Shown in pieces: positions 19,695 to 29,116 of a DNA stretch of 64,000 bases. Made by a program: the position numbers and the translations under genes. The stretch spans positions 17,624 through 81,623 of IMG/VR virus record IMGVR_UViG_3300032236_001478. One strand, given 5' to 3'. The stretch is from a virus. How positions within the stretch are numbered: the first letter of the stretch is position 1; the number at the start of each line of letters is the position of its first letter. The notes beneath the pieces were generated by a model. It was not told where the DNA came from. It saw only the letters and a list, made by a program, of their open reading frames with translations, and made no database searches.

Positions 19695-20315
19695 CTATTT
19701 TCCAGTACTACCAAACCCACCCGAACCTCTTTCGGAATCCGACAATTCAGGTACTTGGGTCATATATATTTGAGGATAAGGTAAGATCATAATTTGAGCA
19801 CCTCTTTCACCAACATTATATGAAAGACTATCTAAACCTTGTGTCTTTTTAAAAGTGGCTTGGATTTCCCCTCTGTAACCACTATCAATTACACCCACAC
19901 AATTAGATAATATTAAATCTTGATTACGAACTGATGAACGTGGGAAAATTAATCCAACATAACCTTTAGGGATTTCCATTGCAATACCAAAACCATATGT
20001 AATACTAAAACTAGTATTTTCTTTAATATCTGTAATTGTTAAATCCATACCAGCATCACCAACTTTAGAATAAGATGGTATAACTGCATTATCATCTAAT
20101 TTTTTAACTTTAACAACAACACCAAGATCTGGTTGTGTGAAATTTGTTTGATTTTCAGTTGTTGCTTCTTTTACAACATCATCATTAATAGCGTTTAATA
20201 CTTTATTAAGATCCTCCATAAAATTTTGATTGAAATCGTCAAAATTGTCTGCAGAAAAGTTTTTTTCTAAGTCTTCTAATTTTTTAATATATCCCTCTAA
20301 TTCTTCTTTATTCAT
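19695..20315 (-). CDS. dut: Trimeric dUTPase with ~60-aa acidic N-terminal extension
   Basis: GDAGMDL, FPRSS, GVIDSGYRGEI, AQ, RGSGGFGSTG. Confidence 0.97.
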   Translation of the reverse strand: MNKEELEGYIKKLEDLEKNFSADNFDDFNQNFMEDLNKVLNAINDDVVKEATTENQTNFTQPDLGVVVKVKKLDDNAVIPSYSKVGDAGMDLTITDIKENTSFSITYGFGIAMEIPKGYVGLIFPRSSVRNQDLILSNCVGVIDSGYRGEIQATFKKTQGLDSLSYNVGERGAQIMILPYPQIYMTQVPELSDSERGSGGFGSTGK

Positions 20316-20526
20316 GATTCTTTTTTTCTTCTATCCATTTATCAAAAGCCTTAAGTCGTTTTTTAAGGTCATCATCTTGTTGTCTTAAACAACATTCAAC
20401 TAAAATATCTGTAATTCTTTGTAACTCTTCAATAGTAATTTTAACACCAACTGAATTAACATAATCAAGAGCCAATTTACTTTGTGACTGGCGCATAATT
20501 TGTATATCTTTACTATAAAAGTTCAT
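20308..20526 (-). CDS. Hypothetical protein
   Basis: 72 aa, overlaps the dut start. Confidence 0.7.
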   Translation of the reverse strand: MNFYSKDIQIMRQSQSKLALDYVNSVGVKITIEELQRITDILVECCLRQQDDDLKKRLKAFDKWIEEKKNHE

Positions 20527-20544
20527 CAGTTGGTGTTAAATTAA

Positions 20545-20781
20545 TTATTTACTTTTGTAATATTCAGGTGTGTTTTTTTCATCGATAACGCACTCAATAG
20601 GCATTTTAACGACGCTTAAACTTTCACTACCTCTTATATCACCTGATCTGTAATTTGCTGCAACAATTGTCGCTTCTTCTACTGATTCTGCTTGTAATAC
20701 GTATTTTACTTTTTTAATACGTGGGTTTCCTTCTCTGTCCATTTGTTCGGTTTCATAACCGATTGTAACTAAATAATACAT
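20545..20781 (-). CDS. DUF4494-like small protein (Bacteroidota-type)
   Basis: YLVTIGYE...EG..KKVKYVLQAESVEEA resembles DUF4494 (..K+RYEK..ENG..KKV.E.YLVDA.SFTEAE). Confidence 0.55.
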   Translation of the reverse strand: MYYLVTIGYETEQMDREGNPRIKKVKYVLQAESVEEATIVAANYRSGDIRGSESLSVVKMPIECVIDEKNTPEYYKSK

Positions 20782-20787
20782 GTTGTT

Positions 20788-22017
20788 TTATTTTATTATT
20801 GATTTAAAAAATTCTATTCTGTCTTGACAAGTTTTCTTTAATGAATATTTGTCTTTAACTGTTTCATATAAACGTTCACCTAGATCTTGAATCATATTAG
20901 GATTATCAATCAAACGTTTCATATGTTTTGCCCAGTCTTTATGATTCTTATTTTCACCAACTAATAATGCATTTCCTTTATTATTAAACTTACCTTCATC
21001 TACAGCTGAAATTAAATCTAATGTGTATGGTTGAACATTACTAGCAATGATTGCTTTTTTATGGAATCCAGCTTCAATAACTTTCAATTGTGATTTATTT
21101 GCGTTGAATTCTGAATTAACAAGTGGTGCTAAAGATACATCAAATGTGTTATAATTTGTTGCATATGTGTTAATCTCTTTAGTCCATCTTCTTCTATATG
21201 TTTTATCAGAATCATCGTATGGTATTTCTAAAAATTGTGATAAATAACTTTTATAATTTTCATCAAGATATCTATAATTGTCAGTGAAGATATTTTCATA
21301 TCTATACCATACAGTTTCCATTGGTTTTATTGGTCTTTGTCTTTGTTGTTTTGTAATCGAATCAATTTCAGTAACATTACCTCTAAGATCAAATCCACAA
21401 AGAACCATCTGTACATTATCCTTATTAGAATTTAATACACTAGCGATACCATTAGTCATTAATGTAATATCGTGTAAGTGGGATGAGCCACCTAACCAAC
21501 CAAATCTAATTCTATTAGATTGTTCTGGGTTTCTTTGGAATTGAGGTTCGTCTTCGTTAACCGCATTTGGGAAAACTTCGACATTTTTCAATTTCAATTT
21601 ATCAAATATTGTTTTTTGGAATATTGGTGTTGTTGTTGTAACATAATCAACAGTTTTCAACATGTCGATTTTCATTTCACCAATTTTAGACATCTTAACG
21701 GCTTGATACATTGGGTGTCTTTGATCAACAAACCAAAGATCATCAATATCCATAATTACTTTTTTACCAACAGATTGTAACCATTTTATACGTTTTATAT
21801 TATCATCATGGTTGGTTTGATGAATAAATGTATGGAATACAACAATATCATAATCAGCAAAATATGCATCGTTATTATCTGCATTGTAAGTTATATCTAT
21901 ATGAACATCATCTGTGAAATGTTCCCCTATGTAGGTATATGGATCAGATATCCTGAATTTACCTACCCCGTGCTTATCCGATGGAATTGCTAAAATTTTA
22001 ATTTTTGACATTAACAT
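20788..22017 (-). CDS. Glycosyltransferase, GT-B fold
   Basis: GVGKFRI..P, IMDIDD, RFGWLGGSSHLHD, DVSLAPL...FNANKSQLKVIEAG. Confidence 0.85.
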   Translation of the reverse strand: MLMSKIKILAIPSDKHGVGKFRISDPYTYIGEHFTDDVHIDITYNADNNDAYFADYDIVVFHTFIHQTNHDDNIKRIKWLQSVGKKVIMDIDDLWFVDQRHPMYQAVKMSKIGEMKIDMLKTVDYVTTTTPIFQKTIFDKLKLKNVEVFPNAVNEDEPQFQRNPEQSNRIRFGWLGGSSHLHDITLMTNGIASVLNSNKDNVQMVLCGFDLRGNVTEIDSITKQQRQRPIKPMETVWYRYENIFTDNYRYLDENYKSYLSQFLEIPYDDSDKTYRRRWTKEINTYATNYNTFDVSLAPLVNSEFNANKSQLKVIEAGFHKKAIIASNVQPYTLDLISAVDEGKFNNKGNALLVGENKNHKDWAKHMKRLIDNPNMIQDLGERLYETVKDKYSLKKTCQDRIEFFKSIIK

Positions 22018-22029
22018 TAATCATTTGTA

Positions 22030-22060
22030 ATAATATACAAAAATTAATTCAGAAAACAAA
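22030..22060 (-). promoter_or_regulatory. Host-type promoter
   Basis: TTTG-N19-TATATTAT upstream of the GT/dut operon. Confidence 0.6.
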
Positions 22061-22073
22061 ATGGTTGAAAGAT

Positions 22074-22658
22074 CTATTTTGCTTTGTTAACGCCTGTGAT
22101 TTTTCCCTTGAATACAGAATCACCAACTTTCAATACTAAATTTTCGTTGATTGATTGTGTTTGTTGTGCAGTAAGAATTTGATTTAACTTTTCATCTAAA
22201 ACTTTACGAACAGTATTTTCAACTAAAGTTGCTAATGATGTCATGTCAATAGATGATGACGGATTATTATATCTTGGTTGTGCTGACTGTTTACTTGATT
22301 TTGATGAAACACCTTCCTGTTCCATTAATCTTTTAGCTCCTTGGATAAAGTCCATGTCTAAGCTATCATTTAATGAAATTTGTGGAATTGGATTTTCTAT
22401 CATTGCTTGTTTAATTGCTGCTGGTAATTTAGAATTGTTAATTTTATCTATGTTCATTTCAGCATTAACAGCTCTTCTAGATGGTGTTGGTGCTGCTGTT
22501 TGTTGATTCATTAAATCTTCAGGATTACTTCTTAAAACAGCTTCATTTACATGACCTCTTTCAAAATTACCTCCATCAACTTTATTCATAACTTTTTTTG
22601 CTTGAACTAGTTTACTCATTAAGTCATTAGCTGATATTGTTCCTTTTCCTTGTTCCAT
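22074..22658 (-). CDS. Hypothetical protein
   Basis: 194 aa with INNSKLPAAIKQAMIENPI. Host-type promoter TTTA-N19-TATCTTAT at 22672-22702. Confidence 0.75.
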   Translation of the reverse strand: MEQGKGTISANDLMSKLVQAKKVMNKVDGGNFERGHVNEAVLRSNPEDLMNQQTAAPTPSRRAVNAEMNIDKINNSKLPAAIKQAMIENPIPQISLNDSLDMDFIQGAKRLMEQEGVSSKSSKQSAQPRYNNPSSSIDMTSLATLVENTVRKVLDEKLNQILTAQQTQSINENLVLKVGDSVFKGKITGVNKAK

Positions 22659-22686
22659 TTCTATTTTTTTTATAAGATACTATAAT

Positions 22687-23532
22687 TTATAAAAACATTA
22701 AACGTTTAATTCTATTAATGCTTTCATTTAATTGATTATTTTCTTCCTCTTCTGGATTTTCATCACCTGGAACTTCTGGTTCTGGTGTTGGTTTTGTGCC
22801 ATTTAATCTTGGTGGTTCTTTAGACGGTTTAGTTTTAGGTTTTGGTTGTGGTAATTCAGTTGCAGCTGGTTCTGTTGTTGGTTCAGTTGGTGTTGGTTCC
22901 ACTTGTGGGGTTGGTTGAGTTGGTTGTACCTCAGGTGCTGCTGCAGTTGGTTGAACTTGTGGTTCAACTGGTGTTGGTTCTGCTTGTGCTTGTGGTGTTG
23001 GTTCAGTAGGTGTAACTTCTGGTTCTGCAGTTGGAACAGTAGTTGGTTTTGGTGTTGGCTTTCTTTGTTTTCTTGGTTTTTTTGGTTCAGCACTGAAATC
23101 AGTTGAAGCATATATTTTAATTAACGGCCAATAAGCATTACCATCTTGTTTTTCATCTGGATTAAATCCAGGTTTTGGACCTTCATAATTGCTATCTAAA
23201 TCAATTTTGATATTTGACATTCTAGATAATAAAAACGTTCTCCATTGATTTTGTTCCAGTCCTTTTTTAGAAACATTAGGTGAAGGTACCCAAGCTCTAA
23301 TAGCCATTTTGTTTTTGTTAGTTAAACCTATCGCAACAGGTTCAACTTTTTTTCTATTACCTTTCAATACTTTTTCAGGACCTTGTGCTGGACCAGTATA
23401 CATAAAAGTAATTGGACGTCTATTAACAATAGCATCAACAATAGCTTTCATTCCAGATGTCTTTAATAACATTTTGTTATATGTTTCACCTGTAAGAACT
23501 TCAACTAATAATATTTCAGATAATGATTTCAT
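22687..23532 (-). CDS. Stand-alone WYL-domain protein with Pro/Thr/Gln-rich tail
   Basis: AIVNRRPITFMY...RKKVEPVAIG...AIRAW...WRTFLLSRM fits the WYL fold. Followed by a ~100-aa low-complexity linker and a terminal LNESINRIKRLM helix. Confidence 0.75.
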   Translation of the reverse strand: MKSLSEILLVEVLTGETYNKMLLKTSGMKAIVDAIVNRRPITFMYTGPAQGPEKVLKGNRKKVEPVAIGLTNKNKMAIRAWVPSPNVSKKGLEQNQWRTFLLSRMSNIKIDLDSNYEGPKPGFNPDEKQDGNAYWPLIKIYASTDFSAEPKKPRKQRKPTPKPTTVPTAEPEVTPTEPTPQAQAEPTPVEPQVQPTAAAPEVQPTQPTPQVEPTPTEPTTEPAATELPQPKPKTKPSKEPPRLNGTKPTPEPEVPGDENPEEEENNQLNESINRIKRLMFL

Positions 23533-24077
23533 TAAAAATCTGGGTATGTTTTATTTTCTCCCCATTTATTTGTTGCTAAAGATTTCATTCTATTTTGTAT
23601 GTCAATAGATGTTCCAACCTCAAATGTGCTAGGATTTTGTCCTTCACCTACTGGTGATATTGCATCTGGATTTGTAACACCATATTGATAATTTTCACCA
23701 TATCTATTGAATGCCATAGTTTTATTTCTTGTTAATATATCATCTTTTGTACCAACGGTACCACTATCATTAACTTGACCCATTCCGAAATTATCACCGT
23801 CAGACTTTGCGTCTTTAGAGTTAATTCCATAACCATTATTTTCAGAATATCTATTGAAACCTAAAGTTTCATTTCTTGTTAAAATATCTTTACTTGTCCC
23901 AACTTCACCATAAAAATTTTGTCCGTCACCTTTTGGTGAGATTGCGTCTGGATTGTTAATACCATAACCATTATTTTCAGAATATCTATTTATTGCTAAT
24001 TCAGTATTTCTATATTGAACTGCAATTAATTCTAATGGTGATGTAGGTGTACTACCCATATTAGTTTGATCTGCCAT
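23532..24077 (-). CDS. Tandem-repeat protein (about 3.4 repeats of 45-49 aa)
   Basis: Unit RNxxLxxNRYSENNGYGINxxDAIS..GxGQ....VGTxxDILT. Exact 29-nt DNA repeat at 23827-23855 and 23962-23990. Confidence 0.8.
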   Translation of the reverse strand: MADQTNMGSTPTSPLELIAVQYRNTELAINRYSENNGYGINNPDAISPKGDGQNFYGEVGTSKDILTRNETLGFNRYSENNGYGINSKDAKSDGDNFGMGQVNDSGTVGTKDDILTRNKTMAFNRYGENYQYGVTNPDAISPVGEGQNPSTFEVGTSIDIQNRMKSLATNKWGENKTYPDF

Positions 24078-24078
24078 A

Positions 24079-24576
24079 TTATAACATTAATTTTTTAATT
24101 CTATTTATTTCTTCCTCAAATAATTTACCCATACTTAAAGATGATACTGAAGACGCATGTGAATTACTCTTCATCATATTCAATGGTGGTAAAAAATCAG
24201 GTTTCTTAGTATGCTTTTTCAAGAAACTGTTTTTTCTTTCTCCAGTCATAGCAGTCATACTATCTGCATTTTTTCTACCTTCTTTTCTATTAACAATTAA
24301 GTCTCTTTCACCTTGTAAAAATTGTTTCCCCCAGTTTTTCATTAAATCACCACCGTAAAGATCATATTTTTGTTTGTCTTTACCGGCATCCATATATGTT
24401 AAGTCATGTATGATCTTTTTTAACTGACCATAAGTGACTTTTTTATCATTTATTATATTTTTAGCTCTATCAATACCAGATACACTTACCCCATTAAGAC
24501 CTTGGATTGTATGGTTGATCTTATCTAAGATATTTTGTGGAACATCAAAAATTCTACTTTTTAATTCTTTATTCAT
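24079..24576 (-). CDS. Basic hypothetical protein, putative head-internal
   Basis: 165 aa, ends LFEEEINRIKKLML. Confidence 0.7.
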   Translation of the reverse strand: MNKELKSRIFDVPQNILDKINHTIQGLNGVSVSGIDRAKNIINDKKVTYGQLKKIIHDLTYMDAGKDKQKYDLYGGDLMKNWGKQFLQGERDLIVNRKEGRKNADSMTAMTGERKNSFLKKHTKKPDFLPPLNMMKSNSHASSVSSLSMGKLFEEEINRIKKLML

Positions 24577-25315
24577 CTTCGTTTTCTAGTTCGCTCTTAA
24601 TATCGTCTAAGCTTAAACCATGATTTTTCATTGTGTTTTTCAATGAAAATAATTGTCTTTTTATTATTGGATGGATAACTTTAGCTTCTTCAGTCTCTTT
24701 AGTTACAATATCGTTATCCTTTGCTTTTTTCTTTTTTAGAAGATTGTCGATGTATTCTTCCATGAAGTTTAATGGGTTTTCAACTAATCTTACCATATCA
24801 TCTGGTAATTTCTCTTCATAACCTAATGCGCCCATTCTTTCCTTTGCTTCTTCATCAGATAACCCTAAATCTTTAGTGAAATGACGATATGCTTCATCAT
24901 AATCAGCATCTTGCATAATTGTTTCATCAGCACCTAATGTTTTGCTCATGTCACTTTCAGCCCAATATCTTAAAGATGTGTGAGTACCATGAACACCATG
25001 AGTTCCCATAGAACCAGCAGCGGTTTTAACAACCATATCTGTGGTCCAATCATCTGTAACACCTTTTGTGTTGAAATCAGTTGGGAACGAACTTGTTGCT
25101 ATATTACCGTTTTTGTCAACTATTTCATCAACCTCTTCTTCTTTTTCTACTTTGTCAGGTATTTTTTCGTAATCTGTCTTATCAGAAAACTCTTTAGCCC
25201 ATTTAGCCCATTTCTTACCTTTTTTACCTCCCTTACCTGCTTGCGCGTAGAAATAGCGTTGTTGTGCTTTTGATGCGAATTTTTCCTCAATCACCTGTTT
25301 TATAAAATTATTCAT
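24569..25315 (-). CDS. Hypothetical protein, putative head-internal
   Basis: Begins MNNFIKQVIEE-KFASKAQQRYFYA. Late motif at 25331-25338. Confidence 0.7.
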   Translation of the reverse strand: MNNFIKQVIEEKFASKAQQRYFYAQAGKGGKKGKKWAKWAKEFSDKTDYEKIPDKVEKEEEVDEIVDKNGNIATSSFPTDFNTKGVTDDWTTDMVVKTAAGSMGTHGVHGTHTSLRYWAESDMSKTLGADETIMQDADYDEAYRHFTKDLGLSDEEAKERMGALGYEEKLPDDMVRLVENPLNFMEEYIDNLLKKKKAKDNDIVTKETEEAKVIHPIIKRQLFSLKNTMKNHGLSLDDIKSELENEDE

Positions 25316-25330
25316 TCAAATAGACTTTTA

Positions 25331-25363
25331 TATAAATATCAAATGATACGAAAGATATTTATA
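25331..25363. promoter_or_regulatory. Back-to-back divergent late promoters
   Basis: TATAAATA at 25331-38 (= TATTTATA on -) and TATTTATA at 25356-63 on +, each upstream of its own gene. Confidence 0.7.
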
Positions 25364-25368
25364 GAAAC

Positions 25369-26514
25369 ATGAATACTCAAAATATTTTAGGATTTTATGG
25401 TTATAAATTGGATTTACAGCTAGATTCTTCGGAATTTTATGACTTTGAGTTGTCAAAAGACGACTATATTGATGGAAGTTTAACGAATATCCTAAGTTAT
25501 GACCCCGTATTATCATCTGATTTCACAAATAATATAGATGTACCATACCAAGTTGGGATTGATCAGAATTCTGATATTAAAAGAAGAAACGAATTAGGAT
25601 GGACAGCAAATTTTGTTTTCAATAGAAACAATTTACCTTGGAGTTCGGGTTCGGTGTTTTATTATTGGGGTATAACTAATGAAACAACAGCATCAAATTA
25701 CTTAGATAATAACTTATCATTCCAATTTACAGATGAGGGTGAAGTATCTTGGTATTCATATCATTATTCTGGATTATGTGATTCAACTTCTGGTTATACA
25801 ACAACATCTTATGTTGCTAGTGGTAAAACAGATACATTATGTTCTAATGGAACAAATGATGATTTTACCATTACTGTAACATTTGAGAGAAATTACACAC
25901 TTACAGAATGTTCATTAGACAATGATGGTGGATGGAATGATATGATTCCTGGTCCGCATGCAGTTCCTTATAGTGATTCTGTGTGGGACGGTCCAACAGC
26001 AAATACTGGTTCTTTCATTGGTCATGCGGATCAAATTGTAACTGGATATACAATGACAACAGGTTCATTGGATTGGTTAACAGGTGCAACACAATACACA
26101 TATGTTGAGGTGTTAAATAAAAAATGGTGGAATTCAAGAAATATGCGTTTAGGTACATTGAAAATATACTTAAATGGTGTAAGAATATATAAATTATTAG
26201 ATTGGGAAGAAATTATTCCATCTCAAAGAAGTTCAATAAACCCTATGATTCAATCTTGGGGTGGCGGTACTTCTGGTTCTCTTAATTTACATGTAGGGGA
26301 TACACAATTTTTGTTGAAAAATATAAAATATTATGATGTTCCTTTGGATTTTGTACAAGTTAAAACATTATATAATCAAATAAAACCTTCGTTTAGTATA
26401 AGTGAATGTAATGAACCTTGTGTTGATAATGTATCAGCATTTTCGGTTGTTGGGTTATTAACTGAAATAAACGAATATATCTACACTGAAGATGGCAATC
26501 TAATAATCTATTAA
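25369..26514 (+). CDS. Putative virion protein (beta-sandwich/LamG-like)
   Basis: LGTLKIYLNG, SWGGGTSG, IKYYDVPL. C-terminal LLTEINEYIYTEDGNLI fibre-adaptor-like motif. Confidence 0.6.
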   Translation: MNTQNILGFYGYKLDLQLDSSEFYDFELSKDDYIDGSLTNILSYDPVLSSDFTNNIDVPYQVGIDQNSDIKRRNELGWTANFVFNRNNLPWSSGSVFYYWGITNETTASNYLDNNLSFQFTDEGEVSWYSYHYSGLCDSTSGYTTTSYVASGKTDTLCSNGTNDDFTITVTFERNYTLTECSLDNDGGWNDMIPGPHAVPYSDSVWDGPTANTGSFIGHADQIVTGYTMTTGSLDWLTGATQYTYVEVLNKKWWNSRNMRLGTLKIYLNGVRIYKLLDWEEIIPSQRSSINPMIQSWGGGTSGSLNLHVGDTQFLLKNIKYYDVPLDFVQVKTLYNQIKPSFSISECNEPCVDNVSAFSVVGLLTEINEYIYTEDGNLIIY

Positions 26515-26527
26515 ACTATTTATATGA

Positions 26528-28402
26528 ATGGCAAATAAAAAAATAACCCAATTAGCTAGTGGTTCAGCAAATATACCTTTATCAGGTTCTACCGCAGTAG
26601 TTTATAATGGTACAACTTACCAACAAACAATCTCATCACTTAGACAAAATTTAGTAGATAGTGGTTCTCACCATTTTACTGGAAGTCAATATATTAATGG
26701 TAATTTAATCGTAACTGGTTCAATTATCGCACAGGAATTTATTATTAGTTCATCAGTTTCACACATTACTGTTGAAACAGTAAGTGGTTCGTCAAACTTT
26801 GGTGACACATTTGATGATAATCATAATTTTACTGGATCGGTGAATGTAACTGGTTCGTTAAACGTAAAAGGAAATACTAGATTTTCAAGTCTACTTGTTG
26901 GGACAGCTTCTTTCCAAACAGATAATCCTGAAGTTTTAAGTGTTGCTAATAGTGGAAGTTTCAACGTAGCACATTTTGATGCAAACAATCAATATTATGC
27001 TCAGATAAACTTGAAAAACTGGAATTCTGGTAATAATTCAAGTGGTGATATAGTTGTTACCGCAGATAACGGTAATGAAGGTATACATTATGTTGACCTT
27101 GGTATTAACTCATCAACATATACGGGTGGTTTAGTTGGTGCCGAAAATGATGCTTACTTATTAAATGTTGGTAACGATCTTTACATTGGAACTGTTGGTG
27201 GCGGTTTTCATCCGGGTGATGTTAGAATTTTTACACAAAATAGTTGGCAAGAGCCACAAATTTCAGTTAGTGGATCAGGACAAATAATGTTTAATACTGG
27301 ATCTGTAGCAAACGGATTTGAGTATGAGTTTAGTGGTAGTGTTAAATTAGATAATCAATTGAAAGTTGATGGATCAGTTACAGCTTCTTATTTTGTTGGT
27401 GATGGTAGTCATTTAACTAATTTACCAGTACAAACGACTAATGTAAGTATGTTCTTATCATCTAGTGCGTTTAATACATTCTATACTTCATCTTATTTAG
27501 CATATAGTTCATCACTTAATAGTAGGTTATCAAGTTTAGAGTCATATAGTGATGATGATAGTTATTTTGCTACAACAGGATCAAACACATTTGTTGGAGA
27601 TCAAACTGTTCATGGAATAATTTACAATAACAATATTCATAATATTGATACAGACTTAAACATTATAGCTGAAAATTTCAACAATATTGGTTTATGGGCT
27701 GAAGGTGGTACAATAAATGTCACAGGTTCATTATTAGTAAGTGGTTCACAAGTAATACAAAGTGTAAATCCTAATGCAAACTATGTTTCAAAATTTGCTG
27801 GTTATGTTGGGGGGGCTAAAATGGCAATTGGTGTTAGCTCTGACCCTAATTTTGGTGTAACTAATGACATATTAAATGGAGATGAAAATGGTTACTCACC
27901 ATACACAATTACTGCCGAATCTATCACAATAAACGCGCCATCAACATTTAATGCAAATATAGATACAAATGGTAATAGTATACGAACAAATGGTGGTGAT
28001 ATAAGAGGTAATAATTTTAGAGTTGATAATATTCTTACTTTAGGTGCAACAAGTGAAAGATTTACAGTTACAGATGGTGCTAGTGTTCCAAACGCTCAAC
28101 CACCAGAATTTGATTATACATATTGTGCCATAGCATATGTTAGTAACTATATAAACGCTATTGATATTAAATTAATTAATGTTCCTGAAGACAGTAATAG
28201 AGCTTTAGGTTTTACGGTAATACTTGATGAAACAACAAATAAAGAAATTAACTCATTTGTTATCAATAATGAAGTACAAAGTATATTATGGTTTGGTGGT
28301 AGTCAACCTGATACTATTCCGAATGTATTTAATATATTTTCATTTAGTATGTTAAGAATAAGTGGTACTTGGAAAGTATTTGGTCAATTAACAACATTCT
28401 AA
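26528..28402 (+). CDS. Tail fibre-like protein
   Basis: MANKKITQL start, many (S/T)GS repeats, FVGDGSHLTNL, ATTGSNTFVGDQT. C-terminal W.GGSQP...FNIFSF domain. Late motif at 26517-26524. Confidence 0.75.
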   Translation: MANKKITQLASGSANIPLSGSTAVVYNGTTYQQTISSLRQNLVDSGSHHFTGSQYINGNLIVTGSIIAQEFIISSSVSHITVETVSGSSNFGDTFDDNHNFTGSVNVTGSLNVKGNTRFSSLLVGTASFQTDNPEVLSVANSGSFNVAHFDANNQYYAQINLKNWNSGNNSSGDIVVTADNGNEGIHYVDLGINSSTYTGGLVGAENDAYLLNVGNDLYIGTVGGGFHPGDVRIFTQNSWQEPQISVSGSGQIMFNTGSVANGFEYEFSGSVKLDNQLKVDGSVTASYFVGDGSHLTNLPVQTTNVSMFLSSSAFNTFYTSSYLAYSSSLNSRLSSLESYSDDDSYFATTGSNTFVGDQTVHGIIYNNNIHNIDTDLNIIAENFNNIGLWAEGGTINVTGSLLVSGSQVIQSVNPNANYVSKFAGYVGGAKMAIGVSSDPNFGVTNDILNGDENGYSPYTITAESITINAPSTFNANIDTNGNSIRTNGGDIRGNNFRVDNILTLGATSERFTVTDGASVPNAQPPEFDYTYCAIAYVSNYINAIDIKLINVPEDSNRALGFTVILDETTNKEINSFVINNEVQSILWFGGSQPDTIPNVFNIFSFSMLRISGTWKVFGQLTTF

Positions 28403-28403
28403 T

Positions 28404-29084
28404 ATGCCAATAAAATCATTGTTTTCTAATAGATTTAAACCAGTAGGCGGTGGTATTGTGCCAGCGCCTGAAGAAGGTTTTTTATCTGCTGAAGATGGTA
28501 CATCATTACAAAACGAAAATGAAGCGTATCTTGATATTGATGGCCAAATAACTGGACAGACAATAACACCTACACCAACACCGACCCTAACATCAACACC
28601 AACAGCAACGACTACCCCTACTCCGACATCAACAAGCACACCTACGCCAACACCTACTTCAACAAGTGGTGGTGTTAGTTCGGGTAGCTATTATTTCTAT
28701 TATTCAACTGAAGGAATATTAAACGTAGGTCCGCCATTAACAAATGGTAATGCAATATTTAGAAATTTAACAAATAATACACAGGTATTTGACCCTAATT
28801 TTAGTAGTGGTACTGGTGAATTATATTTTTGTACAAAAGATAGTAACGGAACATCGTATAACACACAATTCAGTAATCTACAAACAAGTGGTGGAACAAT
28901 AACAATAAGACAAGGAAGTAATAGTGCAACTTTTACTGCCGCAACAGGTGGTCAATTTGCTTATAATCCTGGAGGAGGTGGTGGAAATGGTTTTTTACTA
29001 ATACGTAGTGGTCAAATTATAACTCAAACACAAACCTGTTCTAAGTTTAATGCTACTGACCCAATTTCACTAACATTCAGTTAA
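28404..29084 (+). CDS. Fibre-associated protein with (TP)n linker
   Basis: LSAEDGTSLQNENEAYL motif, then TPTPTPTLTSTPTATTTPTPTSTSTPTPTPTST, then a beta domain. Confidence 0.7.
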   Translation: MPIKSLFSNRFKPVGGGIVPAPEEGFLSAEDGTSLQNENEAYLDIDGQITGQTITPTPTPTLTSTPTATTTPTPTSTSTPTPTPTSTSGGVSSGSYYFYYSTEGILNVGPPLTNGNAIFRNLTNNTQVFDPNFSSGTGELYFCTKDSNGTSYNTQFSNLQTSGGTITIRQGSNSATFTAATGGQFAYNPGGGGGNGFLLIRSGQIITQTQTCSKFNATDPISLTFS

Positions 29085-29116
29085 AATAAAAGACAAAACA
29101 ATATTTATAATATAAG

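Noticed and set aside
22790-23060. Repetitive GGTTG/GGTTC-rich DNA (also 28565-28665) as CRISPR or VNTR
   Set aside because: Explained by Pro/Thr-rich coding linkers; no constant repeat-spacer structure.
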